Notes under the pieces: model-generated | The model's input: only the letters and a program-made list of their open reading frames with translations | Database searches by the model: none | Told to the model about the DNA's origin: nothing | Shown: piece after piece, positions 28,807 to 38,790 of the stretch | Layout of the letters: every line of letters starts with the position of its first letter | Position numbering within the stretch: the first letter of the stretch is position 1 | Made by a program: the position numbers and the translations under genes | DNA from: Bacteroidota bacterium | Lineage (GTDB): Bacteria > Bacteroidota > Rhodothermia > Rhodothermales > Rubricoccaceae | Direction: 5' to 3' | Assembly: GCA_022561755.1 (NCBI GenBank) | Contig: JADFQN010000001.1 | Coordinates: forward strand, 747 to 64,746 | DNA: 64,000 nucleotides

Positions 28807-31680
28807 TCACTCCGCCCACATTTCGTCAACAAAAACCCAAGCCGGGTTACCCGCGCCGAGGTGCCACTCCGGCAGTGGACCATAAGTAACAGCGCGCATC
28901 CGGATATAGCGGGCCAAGACAAGTACATCACCAATGCCACCTCCGAACTCTGCCGTGACGGCCTCCATGTGGTCGGGTGGCAGCGGCGCATCCACACGCA
29001 GAAGTTCCGTGAACACCTCGCCATCGACGGATGCCTCGAAGATCACCTCACGAGGGAAAATGATCCACGGACGCGTGTCTTGCAGAAAACTGGCATACAC
29101 ATTTGTGATGGACCGGGCTTCGCCGAAGTCGATGGTGGCTACGACATCCTGATCATAGAAACCCTGCCAGTCGCCTTTGCGCCACTCTTCGTCGCCCCGG
29201 ATGCCGTCGATGAGGGCTTCGGAGCCTCCGGCCGCGTATTGGGGTGCGTATTCGGAATCGAGTGTGATCGTCCAGTCATTGGGCCGCTGGATGAACTCGG
29301 CGCGGGTTTCGGCGCTCCAGTTGCCGTTCGCGTCCACCGCGATGGCACGGAGCGTTGTGGTATTGAGGATCGGAAACGGCCCTTGGTAACGTGGCGAAAG
29401 AGCCGTTGGGGTTGAGCCATCCAGCGTGAAGTGAATGCCGGAATCGGGATCGAGGCTTTCTATTGCCACCATCTGCTCGCCACGGAACGACCGCTCGCCC
29501 TGTGTGACGACCGGCGCGAGAACGAAACCGTCGTCTTCCACTTCCTGAATCGAGTCCATCAGGCCCCACTCGGCCGGTTGGGTCGATAGCTCAAAACTCA
29601 GCTCTCCACCGTTTGTCAGATCCGAATGCTCCAACGTGAGGAGCTCGTACTCACTGCCATTCATCCGTGCATCGGCGATGTAGGCGCCGAGTCCTCTGGT
29701 TGAGATTGAGAACGTACCGCTCTCCAGGCGCAACGTCGTGCGCTGGAAAAGCGGGGTCGTAAGCGCGTAGCTCGTCGTGCCTGGCGTGACCGGATACAGG
29801 CCCATCGCACTCATCACAAACCATGCGCTCATCTGACCGCAGTCCTCGTTACCCGGGAGGCCATCGGGCGCCGGATGAAAGAGCGTCGTTAGAATCTGCC
29901 GAACGCGTTGCTGCGTCTTGTGCGGCGCGCCTACGTAATTGTAGAGGTAGGCAAAATGGTGGCTGGGCTCATTGCCCTGTGCGTACTGGCCGATGAGGCC
30001 CGTGATGTCGGCCTGGTTGCGGCCGGTCGTGTTCATCGGAGCGGAAAACAGGGCGTCTAGATGGCTTTCGAGCGCTTCCGACCCGCCGAGCAACTCCATC
30101 CAGCCCCCGATGTCGTGCGGGACGAAGAACGAGTACTGCCAACTGTTGGCCTCCGTGTAGTGGCTGTTGACCTCGCGTGGATCGAAGGGAGCGAGCCATC
30201 CCCCATTGCGGCGGGGCCGCATGAACCCGTCGGGGTCAATCAGGTTGCGGTAGCCGAGTGAGAGCCTACGGTGCTGTTCGGCCACCGCGTCTTGCCCCAG
30301 CCAGTTCGCCATTTGCGCGATGACCCAGTGGTCGTAGGCGTACTCCAGCGTCTTCGAAACGGACTCCGATTCGTCCTCTATCGAGAGGAAGCCGCGCTCG
30401 TTGAACTCCGGCTGGCCGAACTCATCGTGCTGGGAGGCGGCGATCATGGCCTCCAACGCCAACTCCGCATCGAATCCGTCAACCCCCTTGATGTACGCAT
30501 CGGCAATGACGGGTGCCGAGTGGAAGCCAATCATGGTGTCTGTTTCGTTGGCGGCCAGCTCCCAGACCGGCAGCCTCCCGCTCTGCTCGTAGATGAGGAG
30601 CATCGTCCGGACGAAGTCGCGCGTGCGGTCGGGGGCGATGAGCGTCAGCAGCGGATGGAGCGTTCGGAAGGTGTCCCAGAGCGAGAACACCGTGTATACG
30701 TCGTGGTCGGCGCGGTGTATTTCGCCGTCGTGGCCCCGGTACTGGCCATCCACATCGCTCCAGATGTTCGGCGCGATCATCGTGTGGTAAAGCGCCGTGT
30801 AGAAGTTGGTCCGCTCCTCAACCGAGCCTCCCTTGATCTCAATCTTGCCGAGTTCGCGGTTCCAGTTGGCCTCCGCGGCCTCCCGGAAGGCCTCGAAATC
30901 CCATCCCGGCATCTCGGCGATCAGGTTGCGCAGCGCGCCTGTCAAGTCCGTGCTGGAGAGCGCCGTCTTTATAAGTAGCTTTTCGCCCGCCTCCACCCGA
31001 AAGCGGAAGACCATCTGCCTCGTGCCCTCCGGGCCGTCGTATTCGATGGCCTCGTCGTAGGGTCTGGAAAACTCCGAGCGATAGAAGAGGAGTTGGTCCT
31101 CCGCCCAGCCCGACGACCGGCGAAGCCCCTGAACCACGTCGAAAGTGTTCTCGACGAGGGCGCGGCCTTCCGTGAGGCGGTCGCGGTGCGCGAGGTCGAG
31201 GATGACATTGATCCACCCTGTACGTGGGAAGGTGTATTCCTGAAGTCCTACCCGCGTGGTAGATGTGAGACGCACGCGAATGTCTTCGTCATCCAACGTG
31301 ACGGCGTAGTAGCTGGGCGAGGCTTCCTCCGTCTCGTGCCGAAAGGTGGAGCGGTAGTGTTCAGGATCGACTGACGCCTCACCGTAGAACGGCATGAACA
31401 TCACGTCGCCGTAGTCGGAGATGCCGGTGCCGCTGAGGTGCGTGTGCGAGAAGCCGTAGATATGCGGGTCGGTGTAGTAGTAGCCCGCGCAACCCTCCCA
31501 TGACGAATCCACTCGGGTGTCGGGGCTCAGCTGAACCATCCCGAAGGGCGTCGTCGCGCCGGGGAACGTGTGCCCCGTGCCGCCCGTGCCGATGAACGGA
31601 TCGACGAGGCCGGTCCATTGGGCGTGGGCAGTTGGGAAAACCAGAGAAGCCAGAGCGACCAGTTGCAGAACGTGTCTCAT
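28807..31680 (-). CDS. GH92 family alpha-mannosidase with C-terminal carbohydrate-binding-like domains
   Basis: 957 aa. The N-terminal hallmark is FIGTGGTGHTFPGATTPFGMVQLSPDT, and later GNEPSHHFAYLYNYVG. Confidence 0.9.
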   Translation of the reverse strand: MRHVLQLVALASLVFPTAHAQWTGLVDPFIGTGGTGHTFPGATTPFGMVQLSPDTRVDSSWEGCAGYYYTDPHIYGFSHTHLSGTGISDYGDVMFMPFYGEASVDPEHYRSTFRHETEEASPSYYAVTLDDEDIRVRLTSTTRVGLQEYTFPRTGWINVILDLAHRDRLTEGRALVENTFDVVQGLRRSSGWAEDQLLFYRSEFSRPYDEAIEYDGPEGTRQMVFRFRVEAGEKLLIKTALSSTDLTGALRNLIAEMPGWDFEAFREAAEANWNRELGKIEIKGGSVEERTNFYTALYHTMIAPNIWSDVDGQYRGHDGEIHRADHDVYTVFSLWDTFRTLHPLLTLIAPDRTRDFVRTMLLIYEQSGRLPVWELAANETDTMIGFHSAPVIADAYIKGVDGFDAELALEAMIAASQHDEFGQPEFNERGFLSIEDESESVSKTLEYAYDHWVIAQMANWLGQDAVAEQHRRLSLGYRNLIDPDGFMRPRRNGGWLAPFDPREVNSHYTEANSWQYSFFVPHDIGGWMELLGGSEALESHLDALFSAPMNTTGRNQADITGLIGQYAQGNEPSHHFAYLYNYVGAPHKTQQRVRQILTTLFHPAPDGLPGNEDCGQMSAWFVMSAMGLYPVTPGTTSYALTTPLFQRTTLRLESGTFSISTRGLGAYIADARMNGSEYELLTLEHSDLTNGGELSFELSTQPAEWGLMDSIQEVEDDGFVLAPVVTQGERSFRGEQMVAIESLDPDSGIHFTLDGSTPTALSPRYQGPFPILNTTTLRAIAVDANGNWSAETRAEFIQRPNDWTITLDSEYAPQYAAGGSEALIDGIRGDEEWRKGDWQGFYDQDVVATIDFGEARSITNVYASFLQDTRPWIIFPREVIFEASVDGEVFTELLRVDAPLPPDHMEAVTAEFGGGIGDVLVLARYIRMRAVTYGPLPEWHLGAGNPAWVFVDEMWAE

Positions 31681-31719
31681 ATGCTAGTGGGGTCTTGTGC
31701 ATCTCCCCTCCTGGACAGG

Positions 31720-31731
31720 GCAACGCGTTGC
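31720..31731. promoter_or_regulatory. Perfect 12-bp palindrome GCAACGCGTTGC about 40 nt upstream of the GH92 start; possible operator
   Basis: Seen directly in the sequence. It is followed by a partial direct repeat GTTGC. No regulator gene is adjacent, so any function is speculative. Confidence 0.2.
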
Positions 31732-31837
31732 GTTGCGGCGGCGAGAAGCGCGAGGGAAAACGGGTTGGGGGTGGTCGAAAAAACGTGCATAACGAACGAA
31801 AATGCTATGCAAAGGGACTCCTGGAAGACCCATCTCT

Positions 31838-32285
31838 TCAAGCCTCGCGGCTCTTCGCTGAATTGCGGAATGGGTCCCCGCCTTCGAGGGGAAGACTGCT
31901 GGTTGGAAGTGCATGCTCAGCAATGAGAAACTCCTCCACGACCACCCCGCTAATCAAGTGCTCCAGGATGATTTGTTCGAGGACATTGGGTGTGCAGGAA
32001 TGGTACCACGCGCCTTCGGGATATACCACCGCGATGAGGCCGCGAATGCATATCTGGAGGCAGTTCGCCTATGTTCGATAGATACCGCCTGAGCCGATCA
32101 AATCGAGTTCGATGAGCCTTTCTTTCATGTAGTGCCAGGATGCGAGGCCTTCTTCCTTTGCACAGCACTTTGGTTTGGTCTGCGCAGAGGAAGATGTGGC
32201 GCTGGGTCTCAGCGATGGCCAGCTTCTCGGCCTGCTTCAGGAGTGCGTCGTCTGCGCGGGGGGGTTTGGTCCGCGGTTTGGTCAC
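31838..32285 (-). pseudogene. Thioredoxin-like (2Fe-2S) ferredoxin-domain gene with a frameshift and an in-frame TAG
   Basis: Starting from a GTG, the frame reads MTKPRTKPP...QRHIFLCADQTK. The frame then shifts near 32160-32172 to [69 protein letters not shown]. The TAG is at complement 32071-32069. The start overlaps the GH2 stop as GTGA. Confidence 0.6.
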
Positions 32286-34787
32286 GGCCGCTGGAGATCG
32301 TAGATGGAGCGCAAAGTGAGGGCCTCGACATCAACTGCTTCCGGCAGATCAATTTCCACCGCGTCGCCGGGGAAAAGATCGAGGTAGTTGAGGGGGAGAT
32401 TCACACCGTGCTCGGTGTCCTCTATCCAGACGCCGAGAGCGGGGCGAGCCGCCGCCACCCGTAGTTGATGGTTCTCGACACGCATCTGCAAATCCGGGTC
32501 GGGAAGGCTCAGATCCCACCGCGGCGACAGTGAACTGGTTGCACGAAGAATACGGCGCTCGCCATCGAAGACCACGATGCGGAAGACGAGTCGCTCGTCG
32601 GGTATCGCGATCACATCGCGGCGATCCAGCACCACATCTACCCCACCATTGGCCGGAATGGAGACAGCCATCGAATCCGCCCATACGAGGCCTGAGTGCG
32701 TATCGAACGCTTCCACATGTATTCGACCGGAAACCGGAAGGAGGCTATCGCTCACCACCCGAAGGCGAAGGCTGTCGCCGTCCTGGTAGACCTCCGCAAA
32801 CAGCGTCTGGTACAGATCACGAACGCGGTAATGGAGCGGCTTCCAGCGCCCGAACATATCCATGCTCGACCATGAAATCACCGGCCAGACATCATTCAAC
32901 TGCCAGTAGAGCGTGCCCATCGTGCGGGGTTTGTTCGCGCGGTGGCCAGCTATCGCCATCCCGACGCCCTCGGCCTGCATCACCTGCGTCATGTATCGCC
33001 AGAGGCCGGGGTCCTCCGGCACGTAGCTGAACGTCATCAAAGCGTACTCGCGCAGCCACTCCTCGCCGTTCGGATGCTTCTGGTGGTTGCGGAAGGCGTC
33101 TGAGTCCTCGCCGAGATCGTTAGCGAAGGTGCGGACTGTCGCCTCAATGGGGTAGGCTTGAAACCCGTACTCGCTGTTGAAGCGCCCGATTTTCTCACGG
33201 TACGTCTCGAACGGCGCGCGGCCCCACCAGACGCCCCAGTAGTGGACGTCTCCTTCCTCGTAGGCAATGTCGCGGCCCCATCCGTTCGACGGTGATGAAG
33301 GCAAGTAAGGAGCACCCTCGTGGTGCTCGCTGACAATATCTGGAAGTAGCTCGGCGAAGAGTTGTTGGTAATCCTGCCAAACGGCGTGGGAAACGGCCTC
33401 GGAATAACCGAGCGCTTCCTGCCATCCCCAGTTGTGCCAGCCCTCACTGATCTCGTTGTTGCCGCACCAGAGAACGACGGAAGGATGCCTCCGGAGCCTC
33501 GAAACCTGCTGCGTGGCCTCTTCCCGAACGTTGGCGAGAAACTCGTCGGTATCCGGATAGAGCGCGTTCGCGAACATGAAATCCTGCCAGACCATGATGC
33601 CCAGCGAATCGGCCAAATCGTAGAAGAGGTCGTCTTCGTACACGCCACCGCCCCAAACGCGGAGCATGTTCATATTGGCATCGGCGGCGGCTTGAAGTAC
33701 AGTTCGGTAGCGCTCCTCGGAAGCTGGGAAAAAAACTCGTCATCGGTGCCGAGTTAGATCCCTTTACGAAGGTTATCTCGCCATTTATGACGAACGCAAA
33801 CGCTCCATCGGACTGGTTGATCTCGACGGTTCGGATGCCGATGCGTTGGCGCTCGCGAATGGTATGGCCGTGGACTGTCACCTCGATTTCCATATCGTAA
33901 AGAGTCGATTCCCCAGAGCCCCGCGGCCACCAGAGTTGCGGATCATCTAGCACAAACGGGATGAAGATTTCTGTGTCCGAGGCATCGAGATCCACCGTGG
34001 TGCGAACGGACTCATTACCATTCAACTCGACGACCACCTGTACCTGGCCGTCCTCCACATTCAGCAGCTCCATTACGATCTCAACGTAGGCCCTGGCTGG
34101 ATCAATCCGCAGGGTGCGAAGGTAGACATTTTCGAGTCGCGGGAGGGCGGCATCCTCCAGGTAAACTCCTCGCCACGGCCCGGCGGTTACGAAGCGCGGC
34201 CCCCAGTCCCAGCCAAAGTGGTAGGCGGCTTTTCGGACAAACATTCGCGGACTCTCGGGGAGAGGATAGGGATACTCCGAGGCGAGCCGCTCGGCTTCCA
34301 GCGCCGCAGGATGAAAGACGATGCGCACGTCGAACGCTTCTATCGCGGGGTCGAGCGGCACCCTCCATTGCCGAAACATGTTGTTTGCCGAGAGAACGAG
34401 TTCGTCGTCTATGTAGATGTCGGCGAGTGTATCGAGCCCGTCGAAAACGAGCATGGGCTCTTGCATCAGCGGAGGGATGCCAATGATGGTCTCGTAAACC
34501 CACGTCGTCGAATCGACCCACGCCAGGCGCTGCTCGTTGTCGCCGAAGTAGGGATCAGGAATCACATCAGCCTCGTGGAGCGCCGTATGAACGACGCCCG
34601 GAACCGGCGCATCGATCGGCCCGATCTCTCCCTCTTCAGAGCGGAGTGTCCAGTACTCGACGGGAAGGCGATGTTGCTGTGCGCCAGCGGTAGTTGCGGC
34701 CAGCAGGAGGACCAAGACACCACACACGCCGGCCGGCCGCAGGATATGCGACCAGCCAATACCTCGACTCTTGTATGCAGGCTGCAC
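32282..34787 (-). pseudogene. GH2 beta-mannosidase split by a +1 frameshift in an A7/T7 homopolymer
   Basis: ORFs 33444..35297 (N-terminal part, GTG start at 34787, signal peptide (M)QPAYKSRGIGWSHILRPAGVCGVLVLLLAATTAGAQQ) and 32282..33673 (MNMLRVWGGGVYEDD...) join across 33729-33735. With one base fewer the protein reads GSNSAPMTSFFPASEERYRTVLQAAADANMNMLRVWGGG. Confidence 0.8.
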
Positions 34788-34789
34788 AA

Positions 34790-35839
34790 TCACCCCAGCA
34801 GGTACGGCGCTTCGACGACGTAGATTGTTCCGCCTCGAACAGCAACGCGGCCGGTGATCTCGCCCTTTACAGAAGGCTCCCGTTCTGAATCGGGTAGTGC
34901 AACGACGTAGGTGAAGCCGCGCTGGAGAGCAAAACCACCGAAATCGCCTTTCTCGTCTAGCGCTAGTAGGCCCGCTTGAATCGTGGCCGGATCCGTGGGA
35001 GTGACGCGCCGCAGATGCTCCACCGCCTGTTGACAGGCCTCTTGCGGGGCCAACCCGCCCCGCATCCGCTCGACAATCGTGTGTGCTGCTGCCGTGCGGA
35101 TCATCTCCTCTCCGTGTCCGGTCGCCGTGGCCGCGCCGATCTCGCCATCCACGAACAGACCGGCGCCGATGATGGGACTGTCGCCCACGCGCCCGCGCAG
35201 TTTGTACGCCCATCCGCTGGTAGTACACGCGCCCGAGAGACGGCCCTCCGAATCGATAGCTATCATGCCGCACGTATCGTGGTTGTCGTCCGGCCAATCA
35301 CGCCGTTCGTTGTTGATGGCCGGGAGGTAATCATTGGTTTCGATCCACTCGCGCCATTCCTGCTCGGATTGCTCGGTAAGCAGATTCGTGCGCTCGAATC
35401 CCTGTTCGAGGGCGAACTGTCGCGCACCATCGCCGACGAGCATGACGTGCGGCGTTTCTTCCATCACCTTGCGGGCAACGGACACGGGGTGGAGGATGTC
35501 TTCGATGGCCGCCACCGAGCCACACCGATGGCGCTCGTCCATAATGCAGGAATCGAGCGTCACCCGGCCGTCGCGATCCGGCCGTCCGCCGAGGCCCACT
35601 GAATGGTCGTTGGGGTCGGCCTCGGGGATGTGGAGGCCGGCCTCTACGGCATCCAGCGCGTAGCCGCCACTGACGAGCACATTCCAGGCCGCCTCAAGGG
35701 CTCCGCGATTTTTCCACGTGGCGATGGCAACGGGGCGGCTTCTGCGCTTTGTTGCCGCCCGCGCCGACCCAGGCAGGGCGGCCAGCGCACCGACGGCTGC
35801 TGTTCGTTTGAGGAAGTCGCGGCGGGAGGGGTTGGGCAT
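34790..35839 (-). CDS. Glycosylasparaginase / isoaspartyl peptidase family Ntn-hydrolase (N4-(beta-GlcNAc)-L-asparaginase-like) with Tat-type signal
   Basis: Trimmed to MPNPSRRDFLKRTAAVGALAALPGSARA at 35839. The autoprocessing and active-site region is HDTCGMIAID...GRVGDSPIIGAGLFVD. Confidence 0.85.
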   Translation of the reverse strand: MPNPSRRDFLKRTAAVGALAALPGSARAATKRRSRPVAIATWKNRGALEAAWNVLVSGGYALDAVEAGLHIPEADPNDHSVGLGGRPDRDGRVTLDSCIMDERHRCGSVAAIEDILHPVSVARKVMEETPHVMLVGDGARQFALEQGFERTNLLTEQSEQEWREWIETNDYLPAINNERRDWPDDNHDTCGMIAIDSEGRLSGACTTSGWAYKLRGRVGDSPIIGAGLFVDGEIGAATATGHGEEMIRTAAAHTIVERMRGGLAPQEACQQAVEHLRRVTPTDPATIQAGLLALDEKGDFGGFALQRGFTYVVALPDSEREPSVKGEITGRVAVRGGTIYVVEAPYLLG

Positions 35840-35949
35840 TTTAGGTGGGTCTGGCGGTTCAGTAATATCCCGAATCGTCGTCGATGCCACAACAGGAGGT
35901 TGTAGGTGCGAGATATATCTCGCCCTTGAACCGACTCCCCGCATATAGT

Positions 35950-36078
35950 CCCCCTTTCAAGGGGGTGCCGGAGCGAAGCGGAGGCGGGGGATGTCGGAAT
36001 GGTAGGGAAGCGTGTATATAGATTGTGGCAACACCCCTCCCCCCCGCCATTCGGTGGGGGTACTCCCCTCCAGGGGAG
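35950..36078. repeat. Cluster of GC-rich hairpins between the ROK and asparaginase genes
   Basis: The hairpins are CCCCCTTTCAAGGGGG (35950-35965), CCCCCGCCATTCGGTGGGGG (36041-36060) and CTCCCCTCCAGGGGAG (36063-36078). A GAGCGAAGCGGAGGCGGGGGATGT segment resembles 58055-58080. Confidence 0.4.
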
Positions 36079-36093
36079 ACTTTCTTCGTGCCT

Positions 36094-37077
36094 CTACGAT
36101 TCGTTTTGCCAGATCAAACTCGCCGCCCCAAGGATCGCCGCATCGCTTTCGGAGAGGCCGGAAGGAAGGATGACCGTCTTGCCCTGGTAGATATTCAGGA
36201 GGTTGGCCTCAAAGTGTGTTCTGACAGGTTCAAAGAGCAAATCGCCGGCGGCTGCAAGTCCACCAAACAGAAAGATGGCCTCCGGCTGGGTGTACGCGAC
36301 GCTGTTGGCGAGGGTGAGCCCGAGGATCCGGGCCGTTTGCTCGAACGCCTCCAACGCAGCCTGTTCTCTTGCTTGGGCACGCTCGGAAACCTCACGAGAG
36401 GTGATATCAGGCGCTGCATCCGGGTTGAGTTCGCGGTACGTCAGCACGAAGCCCGTTGCCGAGGCGTATTGCTCCAGACAGCCACGTCGCCCACATCCGC
36501 AGGGACGACCTTCGGGCTCAACGATCACGTGGCCAATCTCCCCGGCCGTTCCATCGTGGCCGTAAACAAGTTCGCCACCGACCACAATGCCGCTGCCGAG
36601 TCCGGTACCCAGCGTGATGAAAAGGAAATCCGACATCCCCTTTGCCGCGCCGAAGAGCATCTCGCCGAGCGCCGCCGCGTTGGCGTCGTTGGTGAGGAGG
36701 CACGGCACGCCCGTCGCTTCGGCCATCCACGAAGCGAACGGCGTCACCCCCTTCCACGCGAGGTTCGGCGGGTGCTCAATGGAGCCCCGGTAGAAGTTGC
36801 CGTTCGGCGCGCCGATGCCGATGCCGAGCAGTTCGCTTCTATCAGAATTGCTGAAGATCCGGTCCGCCAATTCGTCTACCAGCGATCGAGGATTATCGAA
36901 GTCGGCCGTTTTCAGAGTGAAACGATTCGAGACCGTTCCTTCGCGATCCACCAATCCCCCCTTCACTGAGGTCCCGCCGATGTCGATGCCGACGGCGAGG
37001 TCGATTCCAACTTCGCTCTTATCATTCATTCGCTGCTCGTATTCAACTATTCGCTGCCGTGTGGAATGGGTCCCCAT
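36094..37077 (-). CDS. ROK family sugar kinase (glucokinase / N-acetylglucosamine kinase-like)
   Basis: 327 aa with the ATP-binding motif GIDIGGTSVKGGLV and the ROK zinc motif CGCGRRGCLEQYAS. The start could instead be the MNDKSEV ATG about 48 nt downstream. Confidence 0.85.
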   Translation of the reverse strand: MGTHSTRQRIVEYEQRMNDKSEVGIDLAVGIDIGGTSVKGGLVDREGTVSNRFTLKTADFDNPRSLVDELADRIFSNSDRSELLGIGIGAPNGNFYRGSIEHPPNLAWKGVTPFASWMAEATGVPCLLTNDANAAALGEMLFGAAKGMSDFLFITLGTGLGSGIVVGGELVYGHDGTAGEIGHVIVEPEGRPCGCGRRGCLEQYASATGFVLTYRELNPDAAPDITSREVSERAQAREQAALEAFEQTARILGLTLANSVAYTQPEAIFLFGGLAAAGDLLFEPVRTHFEANLLNIYQGKTVILPSGLSESDAAILGAASLIWQNES

Positions 37078-37132
37078 ACCCGCCTACGCGGGCACAGGCT
37101 CTTCACGGGGATGACGTAAGTGGGAAGAATAT

Positions 37133-38527
37133 CTACCCGCCATACTCGACCTCCTGCTTCATGAGCGCACGGCCGACGAGCACGCCGTATACGCTGAGAT
37201 ACACGAAGCCGACGAGCGGCACGATATACGACGTGTGGATGCTGATGCTGTCTGCCAAGAGCCCCTGGAGCGGTGGGATGAGTGCGCCGCCGAGGATCAT
37301 CATCACCAGCAGCGACGACCCCTGATTGGTGTACTTACCGAGTCCGGCAATGCTGAGCGCAAAGATGCACGGCCACATGATGGAGCAGAAAAGTCCGCCC
37401 GCGACAAAGCTGTAGAGGGCAACACGACCGTCTGTCATCAAGCCGAACAGCATAAGCGCGGCGCCCGCTCCGCCGAAGAGAATCATCGTGCGCGCGGGCT
37501 TTTCCTGCGCGAGGAAGAACCCGACGATCAGCAGCAGCACAGCCGGGGCGTACAGAATCAGGTCGCCCATGGGGCTGCCTTTTATGGCGTTGACGACAAG
37601 CACGACGCCGTACGCGAGGAGCGGCACAATCACCGTTGCAACGTTTCTCGTCGTACCCTTCAAGTTGAACACAGTAACCGCCGCTGCCCAGCGGCCAATC
37701 ATCAGTCCGCCCCAATAGAGCGAAATGAAGTGCGACGTGCGCTCGGCGGGCAGGCCGAGAATCTCCGGCTGGCGCATCAGTTCGGGGAGGTTGCTCTGGA
37801 TCGCAACTTCCGTGCCTACGTACACGAAAATCGCCAACATGCCGAGCAGCAATTGCGGGTAGCGAAGCGCGCCGAGGCTCCGCTCTTTCAGCGCATCCAC
37901 GGTGATGGGAGGCAACTTTGAGACGCCCATCAGCAGCGCGAACAGGAGGAACGCCACAGCCAGCCCGATGTACGGCGCCCGGACGGCGTCGAGCGGTGCG
38001 TCCACGCCGCCTGTGTCGATGGTGCCGAAAATGGCGAAGCCGAGGACGAGCGGACCGATGGTGGTGCCGAACGAGTTGACGCCCTGCGCGAAGCTCGCCC
38101 GGTACGCGCCCGTCGCCGGATCTCCCAGAGCGATGACGTACGGGTTGGCGACGATCTGCTGCAACGCGAAACCCAGCCCAATGACGAACAGGGCGGTCAG
38201 CATTAGCGCGAAGGATTGTTGCGTGGCCGCCGGCACCATCCCGGCTGCTCCGACTGCCGAGATCAGCAATCCGAGTACGAGCCCCTTCTTATATCCAATC
38301 TTGTTTAGGGGATCCCCCGCGCTCAGGGAGATCACGAAATACAGCAGCGATCCCACGAAGTAAGCGGCGTAGAACGCGAAATCCACCAGTTGCGACTGCG
38401 CCTGCGTCAGTTCGAAATACCGCTTGAACAGTGGGATGAGAATCGTATTCGAAGCCGCTACAAATCCCCAGAAAAAGAAAACGGAGATGAGCGTGTAGAG
38501 CGCGGAGCGGCGGTACGATTGAGGCAT
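37133..38527 (-). CDS. MFS sugar transporter (glucose/galactose-FucP family)
   Basis: 12-TM profile with N-terminus MPQSYRRSALYTLISVFFFWGFVAASN. The ORF track extends to 38611, but that extension is not membrane-like. Confidence 0.85.
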   Translation of the reverse strand: MPQSYRRSALYTLISVFFFWGFVAASNTILIPLFKRYFELTQAQSQLVDFAFYAAYFVGSLLYFVISLSAGDPLNKIGYKKGLVLGLLISAVGAAGMVPAATQQSFALMLTALFVIGLGFALQQIVANPYVIALGDPATGAYRASFAQGVNSFGTTIGPLVLGFAIFGTIDTGGVDAPLDAVRAPYIGLAVAFLLFALLMGVSKLPPITVDALKERSLGALRYPQLLLGMLAIFVYVGTEVAIQSNLPELMRQPEILGLPAERTSHFISLYWGGLMIGRWAAAVTVFNLKGTTRNVATVIVPLLAYGVVLVVNAIKGSPMGDLILYAPAVLLLIVGFFLAQEKPARTMILFGGAGAALMLFGLMTDGRVALYSFVAGGLFCSIMWPCIFALSIAGLGKYTNQGSSLLVMMILGGALIPPLQGLLADSISIHTSYIVPLVGFVYLSVYGVLVGRALMKQEVEYGG

Positions 38528-38630
38528 GCGGGTGAGGTGGGCTCGGCCGAAACTAGCACCCGCCATCCGTTGTGCCCCTGCCGTAACCAACCACCCCTCG
38601 CCGCGTTTCACGCGACTCTGCCCCTCCTCA

Positions 38631-38790
38631 GGAGGCTGTTGAAATACTACGCCGTAAGCGAGGCGGGCGAATCTTGGCCGAGATCAAGGCGCGAAATCGC
38701 AGGCGAATCGGTGATTCGTTGAGTATTTCGCAACGCAGAGATCGGGCAGGAGGCGCCGCCGCAGGTAGGTGGAGTTTTTCAACAGCCTCT
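38631..38790. repeat. TIR-bounded hairpin element, copy E3 (160 bp)
   Basis: GGAGGCTGTTGAAATAC...GTTTTTCAACAGCCTCT followed by TA. Its last 109 nt (38684-38792) match 59490-59598 at 107 positions. Confidence 0.8.
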
